Position numbers and translations under genes: made by a program. From Phycisphaerae bacterium (GTDB lineage: Bacteria; Planctomycetota; Phycisphaerae; UBA1845), in NCBI GenBank assembly GCA_963666835.2, contig CAXXGO010000001.1, positions 416,001 through 480,000 on the forward strand: 64,000 bases of DNA. Direction: 5' to 3'. Under the pieces are notes generated by a model, which saw nothing but the letters and a program-made list of their open reading frames with translations, was not told the DNA's origin and did no database searches. This document shows positions 22,377 through 31,642 of this stretch, piece by piece. Each line of letters starts with the position of its first letter. Position 1 is the first letter of the stretch.

Positions 22377-23045
22377 ATGAAGTGGAAAGTCGCGGCAGCT
22401 GCTGTTCTGGCGGTTCTCGTCCTTGGCGCTTCACCCGCCCGGGCCGGCAAGCCGATAGCAAACCCCTATCCGTTCGGCAAGGCCGAGGTACAGGGCAAGT
22501 CGATCGAGTACGTAGTGGAGTTACTCGCCATCGGCGACAAGTACCGCCGCCTCTGCCTCAACGCATGCTACGTCCAGAACTCGTTCGGTATCGCGGAGCA
22601 CAATGGCCGCGAGTCCAAGAACTGGTATCGCGCGGCCCTGGACCGGGAGCCCGGCAATGCCTACGCGAGCGTCTCGATCGGGTACGTCGATCTGATCCTC
22701 GGGCGCGCCGCACGCACCACAAGCGACCGGGACAGCTACTTTTCGGCGGCCATGGCTCGATTCCGCGAGGCTCTGGAGAAACGCCCGGGTTATGGCCGGG
22801 CCTATCTGTACATGGCCCAGGTCCAGGCCCTTCGCCAGGAGTACACCAAGGCCGAGAAGAACCTCGAGCTCATCCTCAACTCCGACATCGCCGAGTCGGA
22901 AACGCACTCGTGGATGGCGTACGTGCTGATCAAGACGAACCGCAAGAAGGAAGCCCAGAAACACATCGCCCGGGCTATTGAGTTGGATGACCCCTCCGAG
23001 TCGGCACGCTGGTGCCGGGACAACAGAAGAAGGGCGGAACGCTAA
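22377..23045 (+). CDS. Secreted TPR protein
   Basis: Signal peptide ending ARA. TPR-like units (YRAALDREPGNAYA, FREALEKRPGYGRAYLYMA). GGAGGA RBS. Confidence 0.85.
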   Translation: MKWKVAAAAVLAVLVLGASPARAGKPIANPYPFGKAEVQGKSIEYVVELLAIGDKYRRLCLNACYVQNSFGIAEHNGRESKNWYRAALDREPGNAYASVSIGYVDLILGRAARTTSDRDSYFSAAMARFREALEKRPGYGRAYLYMAQVQALRQEYTKAEKNLELILNSDIAESETHSWMAYVLIKTNRKKEAQKHIARAIELDDPSESARWCRDNRRRAER

Positions 23046-23046
23046 G

Positions 23047-23850
23047 ATGAGATTGCCGCGCACCTACGGATTCTGGTTGATTGCTCTGGCGACCCTGGGG
23101 ACGATCGGTTGTGCCACTATGGGCCCTCCACCCAGCGTCGAACCCCTCATGCCCCGACGCGGGATTACGCCGCGGTCGTACAAGATGAAACTCGCCGTGT
23201 TCAACCTGCAGGATCCGACCGGGTCCGGTGGTAAGCTGTCGGAGAGCGTCGCTGAGGTTCTGCACATTTCGCTCTTCGAGACGAATCGGTTCGAGCTGAT
23301 GCAGCGCGCCGAACTTCGCGGGATTGACCCGGGCGACACGAAGCGTATTCAGGAACAGTACCGCGACCGGCTCGACGCCCTCGTTGTGGGGAGCATCACC
23401 CACTTCGACACCGTCAAGAAAACCGTGGCGTTGAACGTCAACGTGATGAATCCGTACGGCACGACCATGGCCGCCAAGCACTTCGTGGTCAAATACAGCG
23501 GAAACATCAACGTCGACGCCGACCGCGACGATATCGACCGCATCGCCGAGTGGATCGAGAGATCGTTCCCGAAGCTTGCCACGGGCGAAGTCATCTCACG
23601 CTCCTCCGACCGGATTACGGTGAACCTCGGCACCGATAGCGGAGTACAGGTGGGGATGTGGATGCTCGTCGCTTCCCGCGGAGATATCGTCAGAGATCCC
23701 CAGACGGGCGAGTTCCTCGGCAGCGACATCTACGTTGGTGAAGTCTATGTGGTGGCCATCAACCCGGCCACGTGCGACGCTCGGCTCGTGCGGAACGTCA
23801 ACAAGCGAATCCCGCAGATCAAGGTCGGTGACAAGGTCGTGTTCAAATAG
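23047..23850 (+). CDS. CsgG/FlgT-like lipoprotein
   Basis: Lipobox-like TIGC. LAVFNL...NRFELMQRAEL...ALVVGSITHF (CsgG-like). C-terminal VNLG..SGV.VG...DPQTGEFLG (FlgT C-like). Confidence 0.75.
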   Translation: MRLPRTYGFWLIALATLGTIGCATMGPPPSVEPLMPRRGITPRSYKMKLAVFNLQDPTGSGGKLSESVAEVLHISLFETNRFELMQRAELRGIDPGDTKRIQEQYRDRLDALVVGSITHFDTVKKTVALNVNVMNPYGTTMAAKHFVVKYSGNINVDADRDDIDRIAEWIERSFPKLATGEVISRSSDRITVNLGTDSGVQVGMWMLVASRGDIVRDPQTGEFLGSDIYVGEVYVVAINPATCDARLVRNVNKRIPQIKVGDKVVFK

Positions 23851-23863
23851 GAGTTCCCCTGCG

Positions 23864-24286
23864 ATGTTGTGGAAGACTCTTGGACTCGGATTGTTGGGGT
23901 TGATTGCCCTCGGCCAAAGCGAACCAACCCGGCCCGGCGAACCCGCGCACGCCGGCGCCGAACAGGCTCGCTCGGATCTTCTGGTTACGCTGGAGCATGT
24001 CGGAGGGAGGATCGAGGTCTTCGGCGACGAGGTCTATCGCCTGGAGCTGATTCTGGATGCCTCCGGGAAGCTCGACCAGGTGCACCTGATCATCCGCTCC
24101 GCCGAGGAAGTCGACACGCACGTCTGGTACAACGTCGACAACCTGGTAAGCGTGCGCTATCGATTCGTGGAGATCACCGGCAAGGGGAAGGTGATGGTCC
24201 GCACCGTCACCCCGCCCAAGATAAAACCGCCCACGGTCACCCACAAATCCGAGGTTCCTGCTCTGGAACCGGAAGATTACCGTTAG
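23864..24286 (+). CDS. Small exported hypothetical protein
   Basis: Hydrophobic N-terminus MLWKTLGLGLLGLIALG. Third gene of the operon. Confidence 0.6.
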   Translation: MLWKTLGLGLLGLIALGQSEPTRPGEPAHAGAEQARSDLLVTLEHVGGRIEVFGDEVYRLELILDASGKLDQVHLIIRSAEEVDTHVWYNVDNLVSVRYRFVEITGKGKVMVRTVTPPKIKPPTVTHKSEVPALEPEDYR

Positions 24287-24302
24287 CCCGGTAAGTGGGT
24301 GA

Positions 24303-27300
24303 CTACTCCGAATAACGCAGTCTGGACTCGAGCTTGCGCTTGACGGCCGGCGGCGGATCGCACTGACGCCCCTGGCGGAACGAACGGATTGCAGCCGCGA
24401 CCTGCTCGCAGGCGAGCTGGGCGTCGCCGAGCAGTAGCCACGCTTCGGCATTCCGCGGCTCGTACCTCGTGGCCGAACTTGCAGAAACCACCGCGGCGGC
24501 GAATTCACCCTGGGCGAGCTGCACCCGGCCCCTCACAAACCAGGCGTGTCCGTACCCCGGGAACACGTCCGTCGCCCGCTTCGCGTAATCCCCGGCCCGG
24601 TCAAGCCTCTGGGCCCGCTCGTGGACCAGAGCGGCAAGGACGAGGGCCTCGCCGTTGTCCGGATTGTCCTCGAGAACATCCTCCAGCCATGGAAGGGCCT
24701 TCTCCGCCGAACGGCGGTCCCCGGCGAGCATTGTCCGAGCCAGGCCTAGCCGGGCCGCGGTGTGGTCTTCGTCGACCTCAAGGGCCCGCTCGAAGTCTTT
24801 CCGGGCGGAACGCGTCCAGCCCTTCTTCCGCAGCTCGGCGTAGCCGCGAAGAACGAGAGTCTCCGCGTCGCGCGGATGGGCGTCCAGAATCTCCGTGCAG
24901 GCCTCGATGGCCGCATCGATCTTCCCGTCCTCGAGGTCGCGACACGCTCTGGCGAACAGATCCCGCTCGTTCTGCGGACGGGATTCGGCCGGTGGAGTAT
25001 CTCCCCGCAGCCCAGCCGCAATGTCGCTCGCCATGTGATCGGGAATCCCGGAGACGTGGCCGGACCACCGGGCTTGCCGCACCATGTTCCCGGTGGAAGC
25101 ATCGACAATCCGGACGAGGATCGAGACCATGCCCTCATCGAATCGGAACTCGCCATCGATCAACAGCTCGGCGCCGACGTGGCGAGCAGCGTCCGCCTTG
25201 TTCCCTCCGGCCGTCTCCAGAGCCCCAGCGACAGTCGCCCGCTCGACCACCGTACAAAGGTCTGCATCCCGCAATCCCAGGTAGAGTGCTTGATCGACAA
25301 GCGTCCCGAGGTGCCCGGATGGTGGCACCCCGGCGTCGTTGTTGACGGAGAACAACGCGCAGGTCTGCGCTGTGTAATCCACCGCTTCTTCGGACTCGAC
25401 CGCAGGCTCACCGGTCGCGACCGGCTCGCCCGCGCCGGCCTCTTCCGTCGATGTCACGTCGGCCGCGACATCCGTCTCCGCCACAACCCGGAGCCCGTAG
25501 GTGTAGCCGCGGAAGCCCGGCCTGCCCCTGCTTCGATACGCACAACGGCAGAAGCTCGCAAGGTCGAACCCCGAGCCGCCCCGGTGAACACGGTACATAC
25601 CGCTGTCAGGACCGGTCGGATCCCGGTCTGGAGAATCGGCATAATAGTCCTCTCCGTACCAATCACCGCACCACTCCCAGACGTTGTCGTGCAGGTCATA
25701 TAGGCCCCACGGGTTGGGCTGATTCACGCCCACTGAATGAATCTCAGACGCGGAAATACCCCGACACCAGGCGTGGTCGTCCAGACGGCCCTTCGAGTCG
25801 CCGAATGAGTACGCCGTCGTAGTGCCCGCTCGGCACGAGTACTCCCACTCCGCCTCCGTAGGTAGCCGGGTCGTTCGACCAGTCCGCGCCGACAGCTTCC
25901 GGCAGAATTCCTGGCAGTCACTCCACGATACCTTCTGTACCGGATGATCGGCGCCCGTGAACCCGGACGGAACGCCTCCCATAACCGCCCGCCACTGCGC
26001 CTGCGTTACCTCGTACTTGCCCAGGTAGAACGGCTGGCTGATTCGGACGCGATGCAGCGGGTCCTCGTCACTATCGCTGTTGCTCGACCCCATCAGGAAC
26101 TCGCCCGCCGGAATCAATACCAGCTCCATCGTCACCCCGCTGCCCAAATCGAGGGTGAGCGTCGAGGCGGGATCATACTGGCGTCCACTCTCCTCCCTCA
26201 GCCGATCGGACACCTCCGGTGTGCTCACAGCCTTCTCAGGTACCCCCGCCGCAACCCGAAACCCGACGCTGCAGTTCCGTTTGTCCGGCGTGCCTATGAC
26301 ACGATACGCCGAGCGCAGGCTCACACCGTGGATGTCCAAGGCCCCGCCCCTAAAAGCGCTTCCTCCGGTGTTTCTCGACCCCACCGGATCCACCTGGACA
26401 CCGGACGGGTAAGCGCCCAGCCAGTCTGCACACCACTCGTAGACATTGCCGTGCATATCATGCAGACCCCACGGGTTGGGCTGCTTCGTACCCACCGCGT
26501 GCGTCACCCCCCCGGAGTTACCTTTATGCCACGCGTAATCGCTCAGGCGAGCCGTCGAGTCTCCGAACGAATACGCCGTCGTCGTCCCGGCCCGGCACGA
26601 GTACTCCCACTCCGCCTCTGTCGGAAGCCGAATCGGATGCCCCGCGTGCCTGGACAGCCGCCGGCAGAACTCCTGAATGTCATTCCACGACACCCTCTCG
26701 ACCGGACGGTTGTCGCCCTTGAACTTCGACGGATCACTCCCCATCACCGCGCGCCACTGGGCCTGCGTTACCTCGTACTTGCCGATGTAGAACGGGCTGC
26801 TAATCCTGACGGGATGGGGCGGCCTCTCGCCACTGCCTCCGTTGTTCGAGCCCATGGTGAACTCGCCCGCAGGTATCAACACCAACTCCATCGTCACCCC
26901 GCCGCCCAGGTCGATGGTGCGCGTTGGGGCTAGATCCTGGCGACCTCCGATCCCATCCTCCAGTCGAACCGCCTTCGTAGCCCCGACCTCGGGGACCGGC
27001 GGTTCCTCCTTCGCTTCGTCATAATCCACGGTCCCGGCACCATCGGAGACTACCGCCGGATCCTCGATAGCGGTGATACGATCATGCTCGTCTAGCGCCT
27101 CCGGGTCATCAGGGAATAATGCCAGTGCCACGCGGACAGCCCTCAGTCCCCGGTCGCGCTGGGCATACGTTGTGCAATCCCTGGCCGTGACCATGTTCCG
27201 CTCGTATCTCTCGCGCCTCTTCCGTTGCTTAACGACCGCCGGATCTTCGATAGCCTCGATCCGATCGCGCTGGAGCAACGCCTCCGGGTCGTCGGGGTAT

Positions 27301-28763
27301 AGAGCTAGAGCATCCCGTACGGCCGCCAGACCCAGTTCACGGCGGGCGTACGTCGTGCAACCGCGGGCCCTGCCCATCAGTTGCTCGTAGGTCCGTTGCT
27401 TCTCGCGGTCGGCAGCAATCGCGGGGTCGACCATATTCCCGATACGCTCGCGCTCGGCCAGCGCCTCCGGGTCGTCCGGGATCAAGAGCAAGGCCTCCCG
27501 CACCGCCGCAAGACCCGCCGTGCGATCCGCATACGATGTGCACCCTTTCGCCACAGCCAGCAGCTCATCAAACCGGGCGAGCTTCTGTTGGCCGGGATCA
27601 ACGGCCGCCGGTAGCTGGTCAGCTTCTTGCCCTTCGTCAGGAAGCGTCGCCACCGGGCTTGTTACCGGGGCAGGACTCACCTGCGAGCCGGGAGTACCTG
27701 ACCCGCCCCCCGTAATCGCCCAGATCCCGACGGCGGCCAGGACGACCACCGCCGCCAGGCCGATCCACCAGGCCGCGCGGGACGGCGAGTGGCCGGCTAT
27801 GGCGCTCAGACTCGCGCGGGCCTCGGCGGCTTCTTGGTACCGACGAGACGGATCGGCTTCCAGAGCCCGGCTGATCCAAGCATCCCACGGGGAAAGCTCG
27901 GCATCTTCTTGTCCCGGCAGACGAGTGATGCCCTCCGGCAATCTACCCATCAGCATGCGATAGGCCATCAGACCGACGGCGTAGAGATCCGTGCGGTGGT
28001 CCACGGTGGTCCCGGGCTTCTTCTGTTCGGGGGCCATGTACGACCACGTGCCGATCAGCGCCTGCGTGCTCGTACCGGCCGGAGAACCGCCCTCGTCGGG
28101 CATATCCGACCCGGCTTGGCCGTCGATGGTCGGCGCCGAGCCGATCGAAGTATCTCGCCCGCTCTTGACATCCATATCGCCCGCCGCACCCGGAATGGTC
28201 GGAGCGGAACCCAGCGAGAGGGACTCGCTGATACTGGTGAAGATCCGGTCGCGAAACATCGCCTCGCCGACGATCCGCACCAGGCCGAAATCCGCGATCC
28301 GGGCCATGGGGCCGGACGGGGTCTGCTCTATCAGCACGTTGGCCGGCTTGAGATCGCGGTGGACAACACCCTCGTCGTGGGCGTAGCTGAGCCCGTCGAG
28401 GATTTGCCCGACCAGCCGAGCGGTCGTGCGACTGTCGAGTTTGGCGCCGTGGTCCTTCAGGTAGCGGTGGAGGTCCATCGGGCCGTCGTCGTCGCCGACG
28501 TAGGCCATGACGACATACGGCCGACCGTCCTGGTCGAGATCGCTGTGCTCGATCTTGAGCAGATGGGGGTGGTCCAGCTCGGCCTGTACTTGGGCCTCTT
28601 TCTTGAACCGGTCGAGGGCCGACTCGCTGCCGTCGGTGTGCAGTACCTTGATCGCCCGGCGAAATCCGAGGTCACGGTGCTGGCACAGATACACCGCGCC
28701 CATCCCCCCACACCCCAGCCGCCGCAGGACCTTGTACGGACCAATCTGTTGCGGGTCAGTCAT
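24303..28763 (-). CDS. Ser/Thr kinase (type A) - TM - helical repeats - 2x FGE-sulfatase - CsgG/FlgO-like - TPR
   Basis: GCGGMG, HRDLKPAN, DFG, YMAPE. TM WWIGLAAVVVLAAVGIWAI. Two RLPTEAEWEY..RAG / NPWGL.D..GNV.EWC domains. TPR tail. Confidence 0.92.
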   Translation of the reverse strand: MTDPQQIGPYKVLRRLGCGGMGAVYLCQHRDLGFRRAIKVLHTDGSESALDRFKKEAQVQAELDHPHLLKIEHSDLDQDGRPYVVMAYVGDDDGPMDLHRYLKDHGAKLDSRTTARLVGQILDGLSYAHDEGVVHRDLKPANVLIEQTPSGPMARIADFGLVRIVGEAMFRDRIFTSISESLSLGSAPTIPGAAGDMDVKSGRDTSIGSAPTIDGQAGSDMPDEGGSPAGTSTQALIGTWSYMAPEQKKPGTTVDHRTDLYAVGLMAYRMLMGRLPEGITRLPGQEDAELSPWDAWISRALEADPSRRYQEAAEARASLSAIAGHSPSRAAWWIGLAAVVVLAAVGIWAITGGGSGTPGSQVSPAPVTSPVATLPDEGQEADQLPAAVDPGQQKLARFDELLAVAKGCTSYADRTAGLAAVREALLLIPDDPEALAERERIGNMVDPAIAADREKQRTYEQLMGRARGCTTYARRELGLAAVRDALALYPDDPEALLQRDRIEAIEDPAVVKQRKRRERYERNMVTARDCTTYAQRDRGLRAVRVALALFPDDPEALDEHDRITAIEDPAVVSDGAGTVDYDEAKEEPPVPEVGATKAVRLEDGIGGRQDLAPTRTIDLGGGVTMELVLIPAGEFTMGSNNGGSGERPPHPVRISSPFYIGKYEVTQAQWRAVMGSDPSKFKGDNRPVERVSWNDIQEFCRRLSRHAGHPIRLPTEAEWEYSCRAGTTTAYSFGDSTARLSDYAWHKGNSGGVTHAVGTKQPNPWGLHDMHGNVYEWCADWLGAYPSGVQVDPVGSRNTGGSAFRGGALDIHGVSLRSAYRVIGTPDKRNCSVGFRVAAGVPEKAVSTPEVSDRLREESGRQYDPASTLTLDLGSGVTMELVLIPAGEFLMGSSNSDSDEDPLHRVRISQPFYLGKYEVTQAQWRAVMGGVPSGFTGADHPVQKVSWSDCQEFCRKLSARTGRTTRLPTEAEWEYSCRAGTTTAYSFGDSKGRLDDHAWCRGISASEIHSVGVNQPNPWGLYDLHDNVWEWCGDWYGEDYYADSPDRDPTGPDSGMYRVHRGGSGFDLASFCRCAYRSRGRPGFRGYTYGLRVVAETDVAADVTSTEEAGAGEPVATGEPAVESEEAVDYTAQTCALFSVNNDAGVPPSGHLGTLVDQALYLGLRDADLCTVVERATVAGALETAGGNKADAARHVGAELLIDGEFRFDEGMVSILVRIVDASTGNMVRQARWSGHVSGIPDHMASDIAAGLRGDTPPAESRPQNERDLFARACRDLEDGKIDAAIEACTEILDAHPRDAETLVLRGYAELRKKGWTRSARKDFERALEVDEDHTAARLGLARTMLAGDRRSAEKALPWLEDVLEDNPDNGEALVLAALVHERAQRLDRAGDYAKRATDVFPGYGHAWFVRGRVQLAQGEFAAAVVSASSATRYEPRNAEAWLLLGDAQLACEQVAAAIRSFRQGRQCDPPPAVKRKLESRLRYSE
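25497..25568 (-). repeat. Internal VR-like segment in the second FGE domain (no hairpin)
   Basis: TTC GAC CTT GCG AGC TTC TGC CGT TGT GCG TAT CGA AGC AGG GGC AGG CCG GGC TTC CGC GGC TAC ACC TAC fits the VR consensus apart from CGA for CGC. Confidence 0.7.
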
Positions 28764-28819
28764 GCTACTCACTCAACCTCGCATGCCGCACTCATTGGCG
28801 AGCGGTGAAGGAAACCGGG

Positions 28820-31417
28820 CTAGGGGGCCCCGGCTACAACACGGAACCCGACATCGAAGCGGCAGAAGTCGGGCGGGACCCCCACGCGGTCCGCAGAACG
28901 GGAAGTGTGGATTCGGCCCGCGAATTGGCCGCCACGCGCCACAAAGCGGCCCTCGCCATACTGCGGTCCGCGCGGGTCGATTTGTGAATCGGACGGGTAC
29001 CGGCCGTAGATATCCGCGCACCACTCGCACACGTTCCCGTGCATGTCATACAGACCCCAAGGATTCGGTTGCTTCTCACCAACTGGGTGAGCCTGGTTGC
29101 CGCTGTTGCTGTCGCACCATTCGAATGAGTCAATCCGATCGGGGGTGTCGCCAAACGAGTAGGCTGTCGTCGTGCCGGCCCGGCAGGCGTACTCCCACTC
29201 CGCTTCCGTTGGAAGACGAAACTCACGTCCAACCCGCCGCGAAAGCTCTCGACAGAAAGCCGTTGCGTCTTCCCACGAAACGGCGCGCATCGGGTGGCGA
29301 TCACCGTATCCCCTCAACCCCCAAGCCCCTTTCTTCTTGGCACGTTGCTGACGCAAGGTCGTGCCTGTAACGGCCTCCCATTGCGCCTGCGTCACTTCGT
29401 ACTTACCCATGTAAAACGGCCGGCTAATCCTCACCCGATGTTGCGGGCCTTCATCATCCTGACGGCCTGCTTCCGACGACGGCGAACCCATCATGAACTC
29501 ACCCGCCGGGATCAACACCAGCTCCATTGTCACTCCGCCACCGAGGTCGATCGTCAACGTCGGATCGGGACCATAGTACCCTTGGATCTTCTCCTTCAAC
29601 CGAAGGGCCTCGGAGTGGCCGGGATCGAGCACTAACAACTCCTTGAGAGCCTGCAACGCCGCCCTCCCGGTGGCTTCGCTATCGTTCGCCTTCGCCTCCC
29701 GCAACAACCCGGAGACCCGCTCACGCCGATCCCGGGCCGCACGCTCCTGAGGGGACTCTAGCGACTCCAAACGCCCACGCTCAGCCAACGCCGCCGAATT
29801 GGAAGGGTACAGTTCCAGGGCCCGACGAATCGCCGACAATCCCCTGTCACGATCCGGGTACGTCGTGCAGCCTCTGGCAGTGGTGAGTAGCTGGGAGAAC
29901 CTGCCCCGTTTCTCCCGTTCGGCAACCACCGCCGGATCCTCGATTCCGGCGATACGGGTTCGCTCCGCCAACGCCGCCGCGTCGTCAGGGTACAGAGCCA
30001 GAGCCTCACGCAAGGCCGTCAGACCCCGATCGCGGGAGGAATACGCCGTGCAACCCTTGGCCGTGGCAATTAGCTGCTCGTACTGCTGCCGCTTCTCGCG
30101 CTCGGCAACGACAACCGGATCCTCGATCCGCCCGATACGCTCCCGCTCCGCGATCGCTTGAGGGTCATCGGGGAACAGAAGCAACGCCTCCCGCACCGCG
30201 GAGAAACCCCTGTCACGATCCGAGTAGGTCGTACACGCCTCCGCAATGGCCAGCAGTTCATCGAATCGCGCAAGCTTCTGTTGGCCGAGATCAACCACCT
30301 CCGGGGGAGATTCAGCTTCTCGCCCGTCGTCAGGAGGAACCACCGCCATCTTACTAGATACCGGTGGCGAATCCGCTAGCTTCTCGGAAGTGCCCGACCC
30401 AACGCCCGAAATCGCCCACAACCAAACGGCCGCAAGGACCACCACGGCCGCAAGGGCCAGTATCCGACGACGGCCGCCGCGGCCGGTCGCGCGGAGGTCG
30501 CTCAGTAGTCCGGCTGCCGAGGCGTAGCGTTCCCTGGGGTCCTCGGGGAGACATCTGTCGACGACAGCGTCCCATCGCGTCGGCAGGGCGCGAACGACCC
30601 GGGACGGGGGCTTCGCCCTCGCCGTGGGCCGCTTGCCCGTGAGCAGTCGGTACACCACTACCCCGAAAGAGTAGATGTCCGTGCGCTCGTCAATCTGGCC
30701 GGTGCCTTCGCCGCGCTGCTCCGGGGACATATAGTCGTAGGTGCCCAGAATGCTAGAGGCGCTGCTCGTGCGGCGGCTGCCGCTTCCTTCCGCGGGGATC
30801 GTGGCCGCGGCGTCGAGGGAATCTAACGCGCCGTCCGGGGATGGCGAGTGCAGCGTCGGACCGCTGCCCAGCGAGTGCTGCATCGTCGAGTGGATCTGCG
30901 AGAGAATGAACTCGCTCCCGATCGCCTTGGCCAGGCCGAAGTCGGTCAGCTTCGCATCGCCATCGGCGTCGATCAGGATGTTGGCCGGCTTGAGATCACG
31001 GTGGATCACGCCCCGCTCGTGGGCGTACTGCAGCGCCTCGGCGATCTGGATGGACCACTTCCGCACTTTGGCCTCGGGCAAGCGGCCGTCCGGCTGCTGC
31101 TTGAGGTGCTCGTGCAGGCTCAGCGGCTTGCCCTCCGGTCCGGTCACGTAGTCCATGACCAGGAAGTACACCCCCTCGGCCTGGCTCATCTGGTGAACCT
31201 GCACGATGTTCGGATGATGCAGATCGGCCATCACCCGGGCCTCGTCGTAGAATCGGGCGACGAACCCCTTATCCTGCGCCAGCCCGGCCGGCAGGATCTT
31301 CAGCGCGTACTTCTTACGCAGGTGAACGTGCTCGGCCAGATAAACCTCGCCCATCCCACCCGCGCCGATAGATTCCACGACCCGATAGTCGCCGAGTTGT
31401 CTGTCGATGAACGTCAT
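28820..31417 (-). CDS. Ser/Thr kinase (type B) - TM - helical repeats - FGE-sulfatase with divergent C-terminus
   Basis: Start MTFIDRQLGDY. Kinase motifs intact. The FGE end (RGGQFAGRIHTSRSADRVG) departs from the VR consensus and no intact hairpin follows. Confidence 0.92.
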   Translation of the reverse strand: MTFIDRQLGDYRVVESIGAGGMGEVYLAEHVHLRKKYALKILPAGLAQDKGFVARFYDEARVMADLHHPNIVQVHQMSQAEGVYFLVMDYVTGPEGKPLSLHEHLKQQPDGRLPEAKVRKWSIQIAEALQYAHERGVIHRDLKPANILIDADGDAKLTDFGLAKAIGSEFILSQIHSTMQHSLGSGPTLHSPSPDGALDSLDAAATIPAEGSGSRRTSSASSILGTYDYMSPEQRGEGTGQIDERTDIYSFGVVVYRLLTGKRPTARAKPPSRVVRALPTRWDAVVDRCLPEDPRERYASAAGLLSDLRATGRGGRRRILALAAVVVLAAVWLWAISGVGSGTSEKLADSPPVSSKMAVVPPDDGREAESPPEVVDLGQQKLARFDELLAIAEACTTYSDRDRGFSAVREALLLFPDDPQAIAERERIGRIEDPVVVAEREKRQQYEQLIATAKGCTAYSSRDRGLTALREALALYPDDAAALAERTRIAGIEDPAVVAEREKRGRFSQLLTTARGCTTYPDRDRGLSAIRRALELYPSNSAALAERGRLESLESPQERAARDRRERVSGLLREAKANDSEATGRAALQALKELLVLDPGHSEALRLKEKIQGYYGPDPTLTIDLGGGVTMELVLIPAGEFMMGSPSSEAGRQDDEGPQHRVRISRPFYMGKYEVTQAQWEAVTGTTLRQQRAKKKGAWGLRGYGDRHPMRAVSWEDATAFCRELSRRVGREFRLPTEAEWEYACRAGTTTAYSFGDTPDRIDSFEWCDSNSGNQAHPVGEKQPNPWGLYDMHGNVCEWCADIYGRYPSDSQIDPRGPQYGEGRFVARGGQFAGRIHTSRSADRVGVPPDFCRFDVGFRVVAGAP

Positions 31418-31563
31418 GGGCAGTTTCTGCCTTTTGGTCTTTGGCACGACAGTCGCAAATCGCCTCTGGGACCGCAAGATGTCGAGCGGGCGACACATCC
31501 CATCCCGCCGCGACCCAATCGCCACAGGACCTTGTACGGACCGATCTGTTGCGGGTCAGTCAT
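31414..31563 (-). pseudogene. 49-codon leader ORF: type A kinase 5' fragment coupled to the type B kinase start
   Basis: MTDPQQIGPYKVLWRLGRGGMG then unrelated sequence. Its TGA overlaps the downstream ATG (ATGA). Confidence 0.75.
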
Positions 31564-31601
31564 GCTTGCCACTCAACTTCGCACGCCGCTATCAGCGGCG
31601 A

Positions 31602-31620
31602 CCAGGGGCTCCGCCCCTGG
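31602..31620 (-). promoter_or_regulatory. DGR-type target hairpin
   Basis: CCAGGGGC-GGA-GCCCCTGG (8-bp stem, 3-nt loop) after the VR and pyrimidine tract. A second hairpin CGCCGCT-GAT-AGCGGCG follows. Confidence 0.8.
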
Positions 31621-31642
31621 ACCCCGGGAAAAGAGAAAAGAG

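Noticed and set aside
31418..31525. N-terminal extension MAIGSRRDG... on type B kinases (also 34217-34324 and 52565-52672)
   Set aside because: The paralogue at 55587 starts at MGTFIDRQ, and the extension is an alternate frame of the type A leader remnant.
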